31,038 nt of DNA, from contig JBDGRE010000019.1 in the NCBI GenBank assembly GCA_042218325.1, positions 1 to 31,038 of the forward strand, in the 5' to 3' direction. The notes under the pieces were generated by a model. The model was given only the letters and a program-made list of their open reading frames with translations, was not told where the DNA came from and made no database searches. Shown piece by piece: positions 28,293 through 31,038 of this stretch. A program made the translations under genes and the position numbers. Source of the DNA: Candidatus Nanohaloarchaea archaeon (GTDB lineage Archaea; Nanohalarchaeota; Nanosalinia; Nanosalinales; Nanosalinaceae). The number at the start of each line of letters is the position of its first letter. The stretch's first letter is position 1.

Positions 28293-29657
28293 CTAGCTAT
28301 CCCTGTCTTCCAGGTCATGTACCTCCTGTTTGACTTCCTCCTCAACTCTTTCAGCCTCTTCCTCCATTTTCTCGACCTCGTTCTCTATGGGCTCTCTTTC
28401 GAGGTACAGGAACTCGAAGACTATCAAGGCGGTGAAAATCGATACTATGTGGAGCAGTGTCGTGGGCTCAGTTACGTAGAGGTGGTGGATGACGATAGGG
28501 AGCGCAACGAGCGTTCCTGTGAAGCCGAGTAGAGGTATTAGAGGATTGGAGTCTGTCTTTTCGTAGAGGCGCAGGTTGGCGAAGTTCGCGGCGCCGTCCG
28601 CTACCAGGAACGCGACTGAACCGAACTCGGTTATCTGCTCCAGGCTTCCGAACCAGGTGAATACCACCGTGAGAGACCCTGTTATCAGCAGGGCGTAAGT
28701 CGGGATCCCTTTCCTGTTGCGGAACGAGAAGACTCTCGGCAGTTCTTTCTCGGTCGCAATCCTGTGGGCCAGCCTCGAGGAACCGAATAGCGTGGCGTTT
28801 ATGCCGGAGGCCGTGCTCTGTATCGCGGTCACGACGACCAGCGCGAAACCCAGCTGCCCGAGGTACGGCGTCACGGCTTTCGCCAGCGCGTATTCCTTGT
28901 GCTGTGCGATCATCTGGGGAGTGAGATGGAGAGTGGCCATGTAGGAGACGGAGACATATACCAGGATGGCAGTTACTATCGCGGTGTACATGCCGTACTC
29001 AAGGTTCTTTTCCACGTTCTTGATATCGCTGTAGTCGTAGCAGAGGAGCTGGAATCCCTCGTAGGCCACGAATATCACCGCGAAACCGACTACAGGGTTG
29101 ACCGGGTCCTGGATCAGGCCGGCGAATATATCCGGGTAGCTGCCGTCGAACAGGAATATGCCGATGCCTGCGATAGCGAACAGGAAAGCTGCCTTGAGGT
29201 ACACGAGCACGTCCTCGAGCAGGCCCGTCTCTCTGACGCCGACCAGGTTCATACCGACCAGCCCCGCGACTATACCGGCAGATATCAGCTTCCGGTAGAT
29301 CGAGTTCGCCCCGAGTTCGAAGAACCCGGCGGTGTACGCCCCGAACGCGAAGGCATACATCGCCATGACACCGATATAGCCGACTATCAGCACCCACCCG
29401 AAGAAGCCGGCGATATGGCGGTTCTCCACAGTGTGCTCTATGAAGGAGAACGCTCCTCCGTTCTCCCCGTAGTAGAGAGTCAGCTTGATATACGAGTAGG
29501 CGGTGAGCAGTGTGATGGCGCCCGCGATGAGGAAAGACACCGGTACCGTGTTCCCGGCCTGCTGCATCGCGACACCGAGAACAGCGAAGATACCGCCGGA
29601 TACCATGCCGCCGACCCCCATCGCCACGACTTCCTTGAATCCGAGCTTCTCTGACAT
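28293..29657 (-). CDS. APC-superfamily amino acid permease
   Basis: GVGGMVSGGIF; about 12 TM helices; AYEGF; SSRL..IA..KELP. Confidence 0.9.
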   Translation of the reverse strand: MSEKLGFKEVVAMGVGGMVSGGIFAVLGVAMQQAGNTVPVSFLIAGAITLLTAYSYIKLTLYYGENGGAFSFIEHTVENRHIAGFFGWVLIVGYIGVMAMYAFAFGAYTAGFFELGANSIYRKLISAGIVAGLVGMNLVGVRETGLLEDVLVYLKAAFLFAIAGIGIFLFDGSYPDIFAGLIQDPVNPVVGFAVIFVAYEGFQLLCYDYSDIKNVEKNLEYGMYTAIVTAILVYVSVSYMATLHLTPQMIAQHKEYALAKAVTPYLGQLGFALVVVTAIQSTASGINATLFGSSRLAHRIATEKELPRVFSFRNRKGIPTYALLITGSLTVVFTWFGSLEQITEFGSVAFLVADGAANFANLRLYEKTDSNPLIPLLGFTGTLVALPIVIHHLYVTEPTTLLHIVSIFTALIVFEFLYLEREPIENEVEKMEEEAERVEEEVKQEVHDLEDRDS

Positions 29658-29661
29658 CTAT

Positions 29662-31038
29662 CTACCCTGTGTGTACTGATTCGCCTTTAGCGGCCTCGCA
29701 GGCCTCCTGGAACGCCTCCGGGAAGGTCGGATGCGCGTGGATTGTGTTCGCCACGTCGTCGATATACGCCTGCATCTCCAGCGCCAGGGTGGCCTCCGCT
29801 ATCATGTCCGAAGCCCGGGGCCCGACCACCTGGACGCCGAGCAGTTTTTCGTCGCCCGAGGCCACCACCCGGACGAATCCCTCGCTGTGGTTGGTGGTCA
29901 GTGCGCGGCCCGAGGCGGACATCGGGAACCTGCCTACGAGCACTTCCTCGTACTCCTGCTCTGCTTCTTCCGGTGTCATGCCGACCACCGCTATCTCCGG
30001 GTCTGTGTATATCACCTTGGGGATGTACTGGCTGTCGAACGCCGCCGGCTCCCCGGCTATGACCTCTGCGGCGACCCGCCCCTCCCGGTACGCCTTGTGC
30101 GCCAGTAACGGGTGCCCTGCCGCATCCCCTATCGCGTATATGCCGTCGTCCGAGGTCTCCATCCGCTCGTCGACATCGATGAAACCGTCCTCGTCCAGCT
30201 CGACTTCCGTGTTTTCAAGGCCGAGCTCTTCGAGAACAGGCCCCGGTGTCCGGCCCGCCGCGACGAGAACGTAGTCGCCCTCCACCTCGAGTTCTTCACC
30301 GTCCTGTTCCGCGGTCACGACTGCCTTGTCACCTCTCTCTTCCAGGCCTTCCGCCTTCGCCCCTGTGTATATCTCGTCCTCGTAGCACCCGGAGACCTCC
30401 TTTATCTCTTTCACCAGTTCCTCGTCGAAGTTCGCCAGCACGCGGTCGCGGGCCTCGAGCACCTTCACGGTCGACCCGAACTTGCAGAACTTTGTGACCG
30501 CCTCCATCCCGATATAGCCGCCGCCGACCACGACCAGCTCGTCGGGCACCTCTTCTAGCTCTAGCAGCTCGCGGGAGCTTATAACACGGTCTTTCTCGAA
30601 CTCGAAGCCGTCAAGTTCCACGGGCACGCTCCCGGTCGCTATCACAGCGTTCTCGAACTCTATCTTCTCCGCATCGTGTTCCTCTTCGACTCTCACAGTG
30701 CTCGAGTCCTCGAAGACCGCCTTGCCCTGCACCAGCTCCACACCCCGGGCATCGAGCAGCCGCTCGATACCGGACGTCAGCTTTTCGCGCACCCCGTCCT
30801 TCCAGTCCTGTATCTCCTCGAAGTCCACGCTCAGTTCCTCTGTGTGGATGCCTATCTCCTCCCAGTGCTGGATGTCTTCCTGGAAGCCGGCCGCGTGTAT
30901 CAGCGCCTTCGCGGGTATGCAGCCGTGGTTCAGGCAGACACCGCCTACGCCCTCCTTGTCGACCAGCACCACATCTTGGCCTTTCTGCGATGCTCTCAGC
31001 GCGGCGGTGTATCCGCCGGGCCCGGCGCCGATGACCAC
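29662..31038 (-). CDS. lpdA: Dihydrolipoyl dehydrogenase (5' end beyond window)
   Basis: GAGPGG; GGVCLNHGCIP; GGGYIG; HAHPTFPE. Confidence 0.93.
   Translation of the reverse strand: MVIGAGPGGYTAALRASQKGQDVVLVDKEGVGGVCLNHGCIPAKALIHAAGFQEDIQHWEEIGIHTEELSVDFEEIQDWKDGVREKLTSGIERLLDARGVELVQGKAVFEDSSTVRVEEEHDAEKIEFENAVIATGSVPVELDGFEFEKDRVISSRELLELEEVPDELVVVGGGYIGMEAVTKFCKFGSTVKVLEARDRVLANFDEELVKEIKEVSGCYEDEIYTGAKAEGLEERGDKAVVTAEQDGEELEVEGDYVLVAAGRTPGPVLEELGLENTEVELDEDGFIDVDERMETSDDGIYAIGDAAGHPLLAHKAYREGRVAAEVIAGEPAAFDSQYIPKVIYTDPEIAVVGMTPEEAEQEYEEVLVGRFPMSASGRALTTNHSEGFVRVVASGDEKLLGVQVVGPRASDMIAEATLALEMQAYIDDVANTIHAHPTFPEAFQEACEAAKGESVHTG

Noticed and set aside
3321-30558. Many long antisense or overlapping ORFs (e.g. 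11666-12604, 20263-21363, 24731-25576, 26207-27049)
   Set aside because: Shadows of GC3-rich acidic genes (Ser/Arg/Leu-rich) with no family motifs
1-31038. CRISPR array, transposase or integrase
   Set aside because: No regularly spaced repeats or recognisable recombinase/transposase motifs seen by eye

Overview
Archaeal chromosomal segment from an extreme halophile, most likely Nanohaloarchaeota/DPANN. The basis is a very acidic proteome, compact genes, TATA-driven and mostly leaderless starts, and two singlet histones rather than the fused halobacterial doublet. The left ~3.1 kb is a visibly AT-rich island at the 3' end of an intron-containing tRNA-Thr(CGU). Degenerate copies of the tRNA 3' end divide it into two cassettes: one with an EamA transporter and an unannotated 402-aa protein carrying two Rx4H (HEPN-like) motifs, the other with a YjjX-type ITP/XTPase. 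The rest is GC-rich core genome: peptidases (M29, two tandem M42), ThpR, PRC-barrel, radA-RPA-histone-wHTH, glyoxalase I, histidine phosphatase, RNase H-like exonuclease, second histone, metallophosphoesterase, PolB, Na/Ca exchanger and Ogg-like glycosylase. It ends with a minus-strand run lpdA-APC permease-P2A ATPase-TRASH protein-His-rich membrane protein-CcdA-like-ATP cone. Several decayed genes are interspersed. All calls are by eye; no searches were run.
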